Source: Thelocarpon superellum
Lineage: Eukaryota
Length of the DNA: 36,587 nt
Assembly (NCBI GenBank): GCA_026025795.1
Contig: JAPEUG010000147.1
Span: forward strand, 1 to 36,587
Direction of reading: 5' to 3'
Numbering within the stretch: position 1 is the first letter of the stretch; every line of letters starts with the position of its first letter. This document shows, one piece after another, positions 1 through 11,170 of the stretch. Below the pieces are notes generated by a model. It searched no databases and was not told the DNA's origin. It worked only from the letters and a program-made list of their open reading frames with translations. The translations under genes were made by a program, and so were the position numbers.

Positions 1-1298
1 GCGCGGCTCTGGCATAGGCCGCGTGGAGCATATCTTCCGGTCGGTCGGGTGCCGCACCAGAATCGTCGACTGGAGGAGATAAGATGGCATGATAGCCATG
101 CAATGACGACGTATCTGAGTCGGTGGACGAGAAACGTCGAATGCCCGGCCGCTCCGCGGAGTTTTCACCGTCCGCACGCTTTCCAGTCTCATGCCGGCTG
201 TCAGACGACGGCACGGGCGTTGTCGGCGACTCTGCCGCACGAAGATGTTCTGTGGCTGCACCATGCGATCTTTGGCGGACTGCCGCATCGCCCATCAGCC
301 CCCCGTCGTCACGGATATCGTCGACACCATCTGGCCGTTCCGTCTTTCCGTCGACAAATGCGGCCAATGCTCGGCCCATCTTCACACTGCGTTTTCGAAT
401 CTCGGCTTCTCGACAGCCTTCCAGATGGATCATGATATTCCTCGCCTACATTCCATCAGCGCGACCCTATGGGGTACTCAGTGCGCGGTTGGGTCCTCAC
501 CATGACGCCGAGAAAGTCACGCTGCTCCAGCGTGAGATCGTCTCGGGGTCGATCATCGAGGACACACAGGCAGCCAATGTTGATCCCCCGTTGCGTCGTG
601 ATCGGAGTACCGCCGTAGAAACGGAGATGGGGGGCGCCGCTGACGTAGGGACGTAGCTTGAAGCGGTCGTCTTTGGACAGATCACAGACGGTGAAGCATG
701 AGTTCTGTGTCGGCTTCAAGGTGGGTGGTAGGTGGAGGCTATTGATGCCAATGCCGAAGTCCATGGGCAGACTGGTCTGTCCGAGCCAGAGGCCGTCTCC
801 CATGCCGTGACGTTGGCTATTGGACAAGTCCAGCGTCTTGGTTCCTTCGGCGACGACATACTGCGTGCCACGACTCATGAGACTGATGGTGGCACGTCGC
901 GCATCTACCGACGAGACGTCAGCATGAACAGTGGGGGGGGGTAGCGAGCAGGCCACGTACCTAACCGCAAGGCCACCAGCTGCGCATACGCGGTCAGGGC
1001 CGTGTCCGACGATTGGATGCGGACCGTGGAGATGGCGAGCTTGTCATCGCTGCCGTCGAGGGCTGCTACGTCGCCTGGCTTGATGATGGGCTCTTGAGAG
1101 GGAGGGAGATAGTATCTGTTGGATCCGCGGTTAGACGAGTGCGGCGTGGGATTGGGATTCAAGGTGTATGGAGGGGTGTATGATTGATGTGCAACGTGCA
1201 TGGAGGGGGTTTGGTGGATATTCCACATGCATGGAGGGGTCGACGGACTTGTGTAACTCGCGATGCCGGATCAAGTCTGCCAAGTCCAGCGCCGCCAT
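1..1298 (-). CDS. GAF-domain protein, probable fungal hybrid sensor histidine kinase (5' part only; runs off the window start). Exons 1298-1249, 1115-961, 904-501, 445-<1
   Basis: The spliced product reads MAALDLADLIRHRELHKYYLPP...SSDTALTAYAQLVALRLDARRATISLMSRGTQYVVAEGTKTL...FTVCDLSKDDRFKLRPYVSGAPHLRFYGGTPITTQRGINIGCLCVLDDRPR...ARNIMIHLE. This is the typical N-terminal GAF region of fungal hybrid HKs. Introns 1116-1248, 905-960 and 446-500 are GT..AG with branch sites and preserve the frame. Kinase and receiver domains are not inside the window, so the HK call is an inference. Confidence 0.8.
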
Positions 1299-1886
1299 GG
1301 CCACTCTTCACCCTCCAGCTTCCCGATTCCCGACTGGAGACGGCTTAGGTCATGACTCGCTGGGGACCGTCAATCTGTCTGGCGTACTGTGTCGAAAGGA
1401 TGCCGACGTTCGACGCATGTCGTCTGAAGCTACCCCAGCACGGGATTTGGAATTGGATCGTGAAGATGGCGCCACGACTTCCAGTATCGCCAATCGTCGA
1501 GGCTCCACGGTATTAGTAGCTGGAGCAAAGTTACGCCACAAGGCAGGTCCTTCCATACGATTGATTTACTAGTGATATCGTAGGTGTGAGGCGTCGGGAG
1601 GCAAAGGAACTAGGCGCGTAAGGCGTTGGGAAAAGCAAAGTCTATCCAATCAAACATTTCGCCTCACCAGACTTGACCTAACCCCAGGACTCGAGGATAA
1701 GAGGACTTGACGATCGTCGACCGCTCCAGCCTCGGGCAACGCTGATGATTTAGTACAGGAGTACGAGCCGATGCGCCTGGTGCTCACGCCCTTCCCGGCT
1801 GGTACTGACTAGTCAGTGAAACATCAGGATGTTCGTGCTGCTGTGGGTGTCCTCCATGGCCACTGTCCACGTGTTCACGATTACGG

Positions 1887-3614
1887 TCACTGTGCTACGT
1901 CATCCTCGGTGTCCGAGTCTCCAAAACCCTGCCACTCATCCGGCGACCCCGCCTCCGCCGCCGCGGAGGTTGTTTCCTCGCGAACAAAGGCGGCTACGAA
2001 GAACCCCATGGTTCCGTGCTCGTCGGACTTGTTACACCGTATACATGCCTGGGCGGTCATGTCTGCCCGTCCCCGCTCGTTACCCATGAGTTGACGACAT
2101 GCGTCGGTGTCCCCGCGAATGGTCCACTCCCTCGCCCCGCGAACCTGTTCACGCTGGAGGAGCAGACGCCAGCCACGATCTTGAGCTGCTGGAGCTGCCA
2201 AGGCGTTGATGACCACCTGCTCGTTCTCCTCCACATAGATGGAGCACGTGGAGTATGTGACCCGGCGCGCCGCGGGAAAGCGAAAGGCGTGTAGAAGAAT
2301 CTTGAGCTGGAAAGCCGACAGTCCCGCAAGTCGCTTCGTCATTTCGTCGGTCGAGCCTTGGTGAGCCTCTGGCGCGTGCTCCGCGTGCTCCGCGTGCTCC
2401 GACGTGATATCTCGGGATCGTTGGCCGCCTGCTTTGCCGTTGTCCGGCTCCTTTCTCTTCTTGCCCGACCCCATCCCCGTGGCAGGGAGCACGAGCTTGG
2501 GTGCGCTACCACGACTGGCGATGCCGCTCCCGGAGCAGCTGGGATCCAGAAGCAAGGCGCCGACATTGGCCCACGCTGCATCATTGGGATCCGTGCGAAG
2601 AAAGTCTTGTCCTGCCTTCACTGAAATCGTCTCGCCAGCCCCCGCCAGATGCACCATCTTTGTGAGGGTCGCGGCACGAGCCTTGTCTTTTTCGATCGCG
2701 TAGATGGTCCGAGACGGGCGTGTGTCGAGTAGTACTGGCTCGGAGATCAACGACGCCAGGTGAGTAGTCTTGTTACCCGGTGCGGCACATGCATCGAGGA
2801 CGTCGCCATGGAGCGGCCCTGGGTCCAGCAGATAGGCAGGGAAGCAGGACGCTTTGTCCTGAAAGATGATCTCCCCCTTCTCGTACGCCGTGACCTTGCT
2901 GAGGTCCACGTGCGACGGAACGGCGAGTAGATGCGGGATGTGCTGATCAATATGCACTACCTTCTCTCCCTTTCCCGTCGTCTCCATCACCTGTGACAAT
3001 AGTCGGACGCGGGCATAATCCGCAAAGGTAGTTTCAAGCTGCTCCTTGAGCGTAGCCCGTAGGGTATTGATCCGCATCCACCGGGGAGGGAGCTGAAGCG
3101 AGTGTGCTCCACCCGTGGCATCGGTCACGACAGCTCCAGCATGGCGAGCGTCGGCGTTGATCTGCTCCCTGAACGCCTCGAGGGTTGGAAGGCCACGCTT
3201 GACGCGGATCCTGGCCAGTTCGGCCTTGAGCCTTACCTTATGCCGCTCGATGCTCTTCCTTGCCGGATGATCGGCGTTCGTGGCAATGCCATTTCTCGAC
3301 AAGAGCAAATCGTGGACGAACAGCAGCGCTAGCACGGGCCTCAAGATCTATGCTTCGTCCAGTCAACGAATCGTCTCGTTGGATCATTTTCTTTCCGAGC
3401 AGGCGAGACATACCCGCCCTTCGAACTTGAGAAGATCTGCCTTCTCGATGACTTCCACCAGCACCGCGTTCCACTTTAACGTCTCGCTGACCAAGGCATA
3501 GACCTGCGCCGGCGACGACTTGAACTCGTGTCGTCCGTAGATGCGGCCCTTTAACGACTCATCGCCGCTGTTGAGCCCGTCCAGCACCGCCGCTGCGTCG
3601 CGGTAGAGAGCCAT
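1887..3614 (-). CDS. RCM1: 25S rRNA cytosine-C5 methyltransferase, Rcm1/NSUN5 family. Exons 3614-3414 and 3347-1887
   Basis: NOL1/NOP2/Sun motifs FQDKASCFPA, DACAAPGNKT, LLDPSCSGSG and YSTCS (both catalytic Cys). The N-terminus MALYRDAA..LVSETLKW is NSUN5-like. Intron 3348-3413 (GTATGT..TAG). Confidence 0.92.
2373..2399. repeat. Coding 9-bp tandem repeat (CGCGTGCTC)x3, encoding EHAEHAEHA in the Rcm1 variable insert
   Basis: Read directly in the sequence. Confidence 0.85.
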
Positions 3615-3809
3615 GACCAGGTGAGCTGGTGGCTTCTAGACATGGTACCGTTCCTCGTACATCCAATTCTTTGCGAGCTCCACGGTGTTGAAGTAGACTT
3701 GGAAAGCCTCCATGAAGGATGCTCAAATTCCATCGGCTGCGTGCGCTAGCTAAAGAAGGTTACCCGGGCTGAATGTTATCGTTTTCTTCGATTTGGGTTG
3801 GCGTGCGCT

Positions 3810-3817
3810 TGACGTCA
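3810..3817. promoter_or_regulatory. Perfect CRE palindrome TGACGTCA (candidate ATF/CREB-type bZIP site) in the divergent RCM1 / nuclease promoter
   Basis: Motif read directly, ~110 bp upstream of the nuclease ATG. Function is inferred. Confidence 0.4.
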
Positions 3818-3925
3818 CTGGTCGAAAGAGAGCAGAAATGGCGAGAGTGATGGAAAGGCAAGACGATGCAAGAACGAGTTTAGGCAGAGACGTGACAAGT
3901 TACAAAATCTCTGGAAACAAATGAC

Positions 3926-5170
3926 ATGACCTCTTCCCTCAAACGACCCATTTCAAGCATCCGCGAGATCAGCCCCCCGCCCCCGCAGAAATCGCGAAAG
4001 CAACCCACGGGGGCGCCCCCGGCGCCACACGCCTCCGACGTACAAAGCATCCGAGACCAGAAGGGAGCCCTCCGTGACCTGACGACACTGCTACGCATCT
4101 ATTCGTGGAACGTGAATGGTATCGCGCCCCTGCTCCAACGACCCATCACGTCCTTCTTTAGCGGGGCGCCCCAGGGCAGCACTTCGCGCCCCTCCACCCC
4201 TCTACGCTCGTTTCTACGCCGACACAAATGGCCACAGGTTCTATGTCTCCAAGAAGTAAAGATCGCTCCGCGCGACCTCGCAACGCAGCGAGCCGTCGAG
4301 CAGGCGGTGAACGATCCTGACGATGAAGAAGGGCCGGAATACAGCGTGCGTTTCTGCCTCCCGCGTGACCGGCACAACGCACGCGGCTTCGGTGGGAAGA
4401 TGTACGGCGTGGCGACCATCGTGCAATCCTCTCTCCTGGAACCATGTCCCCTGCGTACCCCTCGCCTGACAGTCCCGCATCGAGGCACAGCCACGGCCAC
4501 GACGACAACACGCCAAGTGAGCTGGGACGCCGAAGGCCGCGTCCTCGTGACCACGCTCCCGCCGCTCCAGCTCGCCATCCTCAACATCTACGCCGTCAAC
4601 GGCACCGACAGCGCCTATCGTGACCCCACCACCGGCAGAGTGGCAGGGACACGTCACGAGCGCAAGCGCGCCTTCCATGCCCTTCTGCTGGCGGAGAGCG
4701 CGGCGCTTGAGAAAGCGGGGTTGGACGTGCTCTTGGTGGGAGACCTGAACGTGGCGCTCGCGCGCGTCGATTCTCATCCGTTCCTGCGCACCGCGGCGCC
4801 GCATGCGGTGAGTCGGGCGGATTTTGTGGCGAAATTTCTCGCGGCTCCGGGAGTGACCGCGGAGGAGCCGGCGGGTGATCCGACTCAGAGGGATCCAGGC
4901 AGTCTACATGCCGTCGATACGTTTCGTTACTTCCATGGTCCCACGGCACGAAGGTATACGTATTACCCGCGCCATAAACCGTGGGGAAGTGGCTGTGATC
5001 GGGTAGATTTGATGTTGGCGTCGCGACGATTGGTGAAGCATCGCAAGGCCCTGGTCGAGGCGGACATTCTGGATTCGGAGCTCGAGAGAGGCCCAAGTGA
5101 TCATGTTCCGCTCTATGTAATTCTAGATCTAGAGAAGATGGCGGCACCGGCGCCATCAAGCTTGCCATGA
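3926..5170 (+). CDS. Exonuclease III / AP-endonuclease-like EEP (DNase I-like) nuclease, intronless
   Basis: All ExoIII/APE catalytic motifs are present: SWNVNG, LCLQEVK, YGVA, DAEGRV, NIYAVNG, GDLNVA, YTYY, RVDLML and GPSDHVP. No C-terminal zf-GRF extension, so it is not a typical Apn2. Confidence 0.9.
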   Translation: MTSSLKRPISSIREISPPPPQKSRKQPTGAPPAPHASDVQSIRDQKGALRDLTTLLRIYSWNVNGIAPLLQRPITSFFSGAPQGSTSRPSTPLRSFLRRHKWPQVLCLQEVKIAPRDLATQRAVEQAVNDPDDEEGPEYSVRFCLPRDRHNARGFGGKMYGVATIVQSSLLEPCPLRTPRLTVPHRGTATATTTTRQVSWDAEGRVLVTTLPPLQLAILNIYAVNGTDSAYRDPTTGRVAGTRHERKRAFHALLLAESAALEKAGLDVLLVGDLNVALARVDSHPFLRTAAPHAVSRADFVAKFLAAPGVTAEEPAGDPTQRDPGSLHAVDTFRYFHGPTARRYTYYPRHKPWGSGCDRVDLMLASRRLVKHRKALVEADILDSELERGPSDHVPLYVILDLEKMAAPAPSSLP

Positions 5171-5197
5171 CATGTGCCGCAGTGGCCTGTTCGTACG

Positions 5198-7969
5198 TCA
5201 CGACGTGGCGCCTTCGGTGCAAGCATGGCCAAGACCAACGCCGGCTTGTCGTCCCGCGAGCAGCGCACCGAGACATCGCCCCACCCCATCGAGGTCACCG
5301 AGAAGCGTGACGTGCCCACGATCACTGCTGACCCGTCCGCCGCGAACGACCTCGTATCCTTCGGGGACCATGGCTGCTCGGGCCAGGCACACGCCATCAC
5401 CGCTCGCAAATGCTAGATCGTCATACGCATCCGAGCGTCGGATGCCGTCGCGCCCCGCCACTTTGGCGCCGTAGACGGTCGGAACGGACTTGCCGTAGAG
5501 GACAGCGACCGGAGGGTAGACGTTGCGTGCGGCGTGAGAAGGCTGGAAGGTCATCTCGCGCTTGAAGTTGAGCGAGTCGGCCAGGGTGCGCCGGAGGTAG
5601 GCAATGGCCTCGCCGCGGGGAATGGTGACGGCCGTGGACACGGTCGACTGCGGCGAGATGCCCTTGTTGGTCGGGTGACTCTGACTCTGCATCTGCGGCG
5701 CAAAGGTGCTGCTGTCTTTCACCGTGTCATCCCCCGCTTCGCCGACTGCAGCTTCGGCAACCTTTTCAGCCAGGTTCGGAGCCCACGGGAAGCTTCCTTT
5801 GGGAGATGGAGACCGACGGGGCTCGTTGAGCGCGGCGAGTGCCTTTCGGCCGGGCAGCGGAAGGCGCGGCACGGATATCATCAGATCTCCGAGCCCATTT
5901 CGCGGCGTCTCGACCGGAGGTAGGGGCGTGGAGGTGCACGGTGACAAGGCGTGCTCGATCCACGTATCCACATTGAAGAAGTCGACGGGGTACTCTTCCT
6001 TGGTGGTCTTATCGAGGAAGCATCGGCCGTCTTCGGGCAAAAAGACGTAACTTGTCCGGATCGTGAAGTTGACTTGCGCCGTCAGCACTCGCGAGCTCAG
6101 CAACACCTCATCACCGTTCCGGAGCGGGCCAAGGATGTTGACGCAAGTTTGTGGCACGCCCGCATACAACACACCGGAGAAGAGCTCCGGACGCTGGTTG
6201 ACGGCATGTCGGGTGATGAGACCTCCCAGACTGTGCGCGATGACGAGCGCCCCTCGCTTCCCGGCCGGCACGCCCACTTGGTTGGATGGAAGACTCTCGA
6301 GGAAGGCAACGAGTTGTTGGCTCAGGCGATGGGGGCTGAGTCGCCAATCATACCCGTAATTCCACACCCGCAGCGTGCCGGTGGTGTAATTCTCACATGC
6401 CCGCAGCCGCTTCAGTAGGCGCCGCGAGACATCCACAGGACCGATGTGTGTGAGCATGCCCGAGGGGATGATGCGTTCGTCCATGGTCTCTTCGTCCTCC
6501 GGCTCGAGCCCGACCTCCAGGTCGACCTTGCGTAGATTCAGCCCCACCTTGACCGGAATCCACAGCTGCCGATACGGGGGTTTCGCCGAGCGAAGGACGG
6601 AGCCCCGATAGCCCCCGAGCACCACCACGTCGCCCGCCAGGTGCGTCATGGCGTCGGCCAGGGCGCCGACCGAGTTGCTCTTCTTTGGTGACGGGTTCTC
6701 CAGTGGGCTCGGCGTGGTATTTTGCACGGGCGCGAACACCGGCCGGTCTGGTCCGTCGTACAGGGCGCTTTTGGTGATGCCCGCCGCGAGACCTCGGGTC
6801 CTAACGGCCTCGACCGCCACGCCGCCTGGGTGATCGGACGGGGCTCGGAAGCTATTGAAGTTGGGGAGGCTGAGATTCGGCAGGCTCGGAATGCTCGGGA
6901 TGCGGAAATTGGCATCGGCCAGGCTGTCCCGGATGGCCTTGAAGCGCGAGTTAACTTGGTCTCGGACGTCGAGAAATCGAGTGTCGTCGCCCAGCGATGA
7001 TGCCCCCGATAAGGAATGTCGGAGCGTCAACGAACTTTCGGAGCTTACACGGCGAAGCACCCTCGGCCTTGTTGGGGCGTCGCCGCCAATGTGCGGCAAA
7101 GGTGCCAAGACATCTTCCGACCGGCTGTACTCTCCGTTCATGGTATTGGCCTGCGCGGTTGGTGCCGGGTGGTCGGTATTGGGCGGCGCTTTGTCCGCTG
7201 ACTGTGGCTTGAGACGAGGAGACGATGAGCTGCTACGCAGCCATCGGGGCCTTGGCGGATCGACCGCCACGGGCGATTCCCCTGCTCGGTCGGGTGAGGG
7301 TGGCTTCGCGGCAGACTCCGTCTTGGAGGCAAAAGATGCTGATCCGGGGAGCTTAGGAAATGAAAATGGTTTGCCCGTCGTGATCTTGGGCCGGGAAGGC
7401 AAGTATGGGAAGGAAAAGGATAAGAATTTTTTGGGCTTGTGCTGGTCGGAAGAGCTGGTGGAGGAGCCGGAGAAGGCTCGGCGGCGGAAGGTGTCACGGA
7501 GCGTGCTTCTCCCATCCTGTAAGGGCTCCACAGCCTTGGGATCCGGGTGCCAGGGCGAGGGGAGACTGGAATCGTCGTGCACCTGGTGGAAGAGCGGGCG
7601 CTCTTCTCGGCGTGGCGGATGCCCACATGACAGCGAGTGCTTGTGACCGGAAGTCGATGGCTTTGGGCTCTCCCACGCTCTCAAGGCCAATGCCTGATCA
7701 AAGGAATCGGATGGCGAGTCGACCAAGGCCGCCGCTTTTTCGGCGGCAGAGGTGTTGGCCGTCACATATTTGGTCTGCTCTGGACTGATGCTGACGCCGA
7801 GAAGCGACGGTCCGTCTTCGTCCCGCAGTTTCCCACAGATCGGAAGATCGTCGTCTGACGGGTCGGATCCATTGACGAGCCCCTCTCGGGTGAACGTCGT
7901 GGAGGATGGGTGTTCAGGGTGTGCCATGGGATGGTTCGGCTCAATGCTGTTGATTATGGGAGCTCGCAT
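5198..7969 (-). CDS. Alpha/beta hydrolase of the lecithin:cholesterol acyltransferase-like family (resembles yeast YJR098C-type proteins), with a long low-complexity N-terminus
   Basis: 923-aa ORF with GGYRGS, YDWRLS, the nucleophile elbow AHSLGG, acid motif GDGVC and C-terminal GHVTLL. Confidence 0.85.
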   Translation of the reverse strand: MRAPIINSIEPNHPMAHPEHPSSTTFTREGLVNGSDPSDDDLPICGKLRDEDGPSLLGVSISPEQTKYVTANTSAAEKAAALVDSPSDSFDQALALRAWESPKPSTSGHKHSLSCGHPPRREERPLFHQVHDDSSLPSPWHPDPKAVEPLQDGRSTLRDTFRRRAFSGSSTSSSDQHKPKKFLSFSFPYLPSRPKITTGKPFSFPKLPGSASFASKTESAAKPPSPDRAGESPVAVDPPRPRWLRSSSSSPRLKPQSADKAPPNTDHPAPTAQANTMNGEYSRSEDVLAPLPHIGGDAPTRPRVLRRVSSESSLTLRHSLSGASSLGDDTRFLDVRDQVNSRFKAIRDSLADANFRIPSIPSLPNLSLPNFNSFRAPSDHPGGVAVEAVRTRGLAAGITKSALYDGPDRPVFAPVQNTTPSPLENPSPKKSNSVGALADAMTHLAGDVVVLGGYRGSVLRSAKPPYRQLWIPVKVGLNLRKVDLEVGLEPEDEETMDERIIPSGMLTHIGPVDVSRRLLKRLRACENYTTGTLRVWNYGYDWRLSPHRLSQQLVAFLESLPSNQVGVPAGKRGALVIAHSLGGLITRHAVNQRPELFSGVLYAGVPQTCVNILGPLRNGDEVLLSSRVLTAQVNFTIRTSYVFLPEDGRCFLDKTTKEEYPVDFFNVDTWIEHALSPCTSTPLPPVETPRNGLGDLMISVPRLPLPGRKALAALNEPRRSPSPKGSFPWAPNLAEKVAEAAVGEAGDDTVKDSSTFAPQMQSQSHPTNKGISPQSTVSTAVTIPRGEAIAYLRRTLADSLNFKREMTFQPSHAARNVYPPVAVLYGKSVPTVYGAKVAGRDGIRRSDAYDDLAFASGDGVCLARAAMVPEGYEVVRGGRVSSDRGHVTLLGDLDGVGRCLGALLAGRQAGVGLGHACTEGATS

Positions 7970-8735
7970 GTTTTCAAGCGGCCGCGCCTACCATCAGCAT
8001 CCTGTTCAATGGGGAATTGTGTCATTCAATCGAAAGAGATCCTAGAATCACGTCTGGGATAAGAGTGGTGTTGGCCAATGGGCTAACAATGACTGCGGCG
8101 GTGGCATCGCCCAATGAAGTAGACACGGCCCATCGACGATCGCGACCGGGAATCGTGAGCTCGGGGTGCTCCCCGTTCCCCGCAATCATGGGCGACCAGT
8201 TGCTGGAGCACTGTTGCTAGAGCACCGTTGCTAAGGAAGTTGGGGGCCATCCGGTCAAATATGAGAGCGAAACTTGTGGAGCCGGAGGATTCTGGACTCC
8301 CACCTATCGTTGGCTGTTGGTCGGCGACCGTAGCATGCAGCGGCACGTACGGAAACTTATGCAAATACTCCAAGGTGCTGGATGCACGGATTACTTGATT
8401 CCGATGCGTTGCTTTGGCGATTCTTTGGCGATTTCTTGGGCTAAGCTATGATGTAATCCTACGCAGGAATGGGCCGGAATGTGGCTGGCATGATCGGCCC
8501 CAAATGCGCAGGCTCGGAGCGAGACGGGTCAAACTCACGTTACAACTTGTCGGATGACTGACCGTGGTTCATACCTACAAATTCTCCATAAATGATCAGT
8601 ACCTATGGGGTCGACATGGTGTAGACAGAATGACAGCAATGCTCGGACTACTTCCACACTGCACAACTTCCAACGCACATTGCCGACATTCGCACGCGAC
8701 CTGACTCGGGATTTTTGAGATACATCCTACAAGGC

Positions 8736-10417
8736 TCAGCGCTGGGCATCGCCGTGCTTGGCGAAGACATCCTCGATAATCTGGACCGTCAGTTCAACGA
8801 TCCGGTCAATCTCGGCTGCGTCGACATTGTACGGGGGCGAGATGATGACATGGTCGCCCTTGGTGCCTCCATCGCTACCCGTGCATGGGTAGAGGGAGAT
8901 GGCATGCGGCGGAAGCATGCCGCGGGTGTGGATCGCCCACGCAATCTGTGCGTCGGGGTGGAAGGGCTCCTTGGTGGCGCGAGATTTGACAAATTCAATC
9001 TAGAAGGTGTGAGCGTGAGACCTGAGCGTCCGAGCACCGCGAAGCGCACGGTGAGTGAGAAGTCCACGAACCCCCCAGAACAAGCCTCTACCACGGATGT
9101 CACCCACGTGGGGATGATGTCGAAGCCGGTCACGTAACGACGTGGCCAAGTAGTCGCCCATGCGCTGCACGTTCCGCAGGAGCTGGTCCTGACGCACGAT
9201 TCGTTGCGTCTCGAGCCCCGCGGCACAGGCTACTGGGTGGCCTTGGTAGGTGTGTCCATGACTGAAAGACCTGAGGCCTCGTCAGCTTCCATTACGAGTC
9301 GTTGTCATCGCTGCGTGCTTACCCGGTGCCGTGGTCGAGGGCATCGACGACATGCTGCTTCATCAGAATGGCGGCCAGCGGCGCGTAGCCGCCACTCAGG
9401 CCCTTGCCCATGGTCTGGATATCCGGTACGATGCCTTCTTGCTCCCACGCATGCAGCGAGCCCGTGCGACCCATGCCACACATGACCTCGTCTAGGACGA
9501 GGAGTGCCCCGTGGCGCTCGCAGACCTGCTTCATGGCCTTGAAGTAGCCGGCCACCGCCGGAACACATCCCAGGGCCTGGGCGTAGCTGGTCAGTCGGAC
9601 TCGTCTCCCCGCACTAATTTCGATTGAACACGTACCGCTCCGACGACAGGCTCGGCGATAAAGGCACACACCCGACCCGGACCTACGCGCACAAACTCTT
9701 CGTCGAGCTCCTGGGCCAATCGGGTGACGTATCCCTCCGTGCTCTCACCGGCGTGCATGCCACGATACGCATTGCAAGCAGAGACGTGAGAAATGTTGTC
9801 CAGGAGCATCGGCTCGAAGAACTCCCGTCGGGTGACGTGGCCACTGACGGACAGGGCGCCGATGGTGGAGCCATGATACGACTCACGCCGGGCGATGAAG
9901 CGTACGCGCTGGGGCTGCGGCGGAGAGAGCTCCAAAAAGTATTGGCGAGCGAGCTTCATCGCGGCCTCCATGGCTTCCGAACCTGGGTCCGTCAGTCCTA
10001 TTGGGCCCCTTCCCCACACCCCCTGCCGCGCATACCTGAACTAACGATGAAGGCTCTGGACATCTCTCCGCGCGTCCCCTGAACCAGCTCCCGCGCCAGG
10101 GTCTCCGTAGCCGAGCTGCTGAAGAAGAGCGAATGGCAGTACGAGACTTGATCCATCTGGGCCATCATCGCCTTCTTCACCCGCTGCTCGCCATGGCCGA
10201 TGCACGCCACGGCCGCGCCGCCGGAAGCGTCCAAGACCTGGGAGCCATTCTCTAGGGTCAGATACAGGCCAGACGAGCTGACAACCTTGTCCGGGGCTTG
10301 ATGTAGATCTCTCTCCAGCAGGCTACTGCCCAGAGCATGCTCCGTGTGCGTCGCTTTCCCCCCAACCACGGAGACGAAAGGAGGGTCAGGCTGGATGGCC
10401 ATCAAGGAGGGGGCCAT
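8736..10417 (-). CDS. Class III PLP-dependent aminotransferase (BioA/YodT-like). Exons 10417-10036, 9982-9636, 9576-9323, 9270-9072, 8999-8736
   Basis: Motifs LDASGGAAVACIGH, SSGSEAMEAAMKLARQY, SYHGST, FIAEPVVGA, LDEVMCGMGRTG, PLP lysine in MGKGLSGGY, HGHTYQGHP and RGRGLFWGIEF. Four GT..AG introns (9983-10035, 9577-9635, 9271-9322, 9000-9071) restore the frame. Confidence 0.93.
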
Positions 10418-10573
10418 GGTGTCGAGGCAGTGAGGGAGTAAGAGTGCAGACGGGTGGTTAATGGCAGAAGATGGCTTCCTAGACCGTCGAGTACGGCGGC
10501 AGCGGTATCTTCACGGCGGATGAAGGCAAAGAAGGATGTGATGGTGAAATCATGCTGATGGAATTAGGCCTCA

Positions 10574-10580
10574 TTATATA
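10574..10580 (-). promoter_or_regulatory. TATA box (TATATAA) of the aminotransferase gene
   Basis: AT-rich consensus ~160 bp upstream of the ATG in a GC-rich context, followed by a pyrimidine-rich leader. Confidence 0.55.
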
Positions 10581-10934
10581 CAGACATCGAGAAGATGCCA
10601 CGGCCGGGCCCGGGCCCGGACAGAGGAGCATGCACATCGGGGGAATGCCAGTGCGCCTCTCACGCCAACGCCGACATCGTCTCGGGATGCCGAACCGTCT
10701 TGCTTCCGGACAGGAGGGGGCCGGCGACACAACTTATACATGAGCACAAAGCGCGGACCCAGAGGACTGGTCTCGCGGTCGGACTTTTCGATGCATTGTA
10801 CAACATATAGCTGCGCGGCTAGAGAGATCCCCGGGGCGATCGTGTGGAGATGAGAGAGAGGACGAGGGTCGCCAAGTTGCGAGACTAGCACTTGCGTGGC
10901 GAGGTCAAGTACCTTCGTATTCATACACGCGCAG

Positions 10935-11170
10935 TGTGACCAGGCACAAGAAAGACGCCAATGTACGACGTTACTTGGGGCATGTACTTCCCAGCCCCAG
11001 TTACTCGCACGCTGGTCACATGAGTAGCAGTCCGAGTCAACGGAGCAGTGAGGCCGTAAGTGACTAACAAGGTCAAGAGAAAGGGAAGGAGAGCAGTGGC
11101 ACTTGCACCGGTCATTCCGCCTATTCCGTAAACGAGGAAGATGACCGATGAAAGAGTAATCGCCACAATT
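10935..11170 (+). ncRNA. Candidate H/ACA snoRNA-like structured RNA (unverified)
   Basis: Hairpin TGTGACCAG/CTGGTCACA followed by ANANNA (ACATGA). Then AGAGCA, a hairpin with CGGTCAT/ATGACCG and an internal pocket, and ACA 14 nt below the upper stem. No target identified. Confidence 0.3.
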
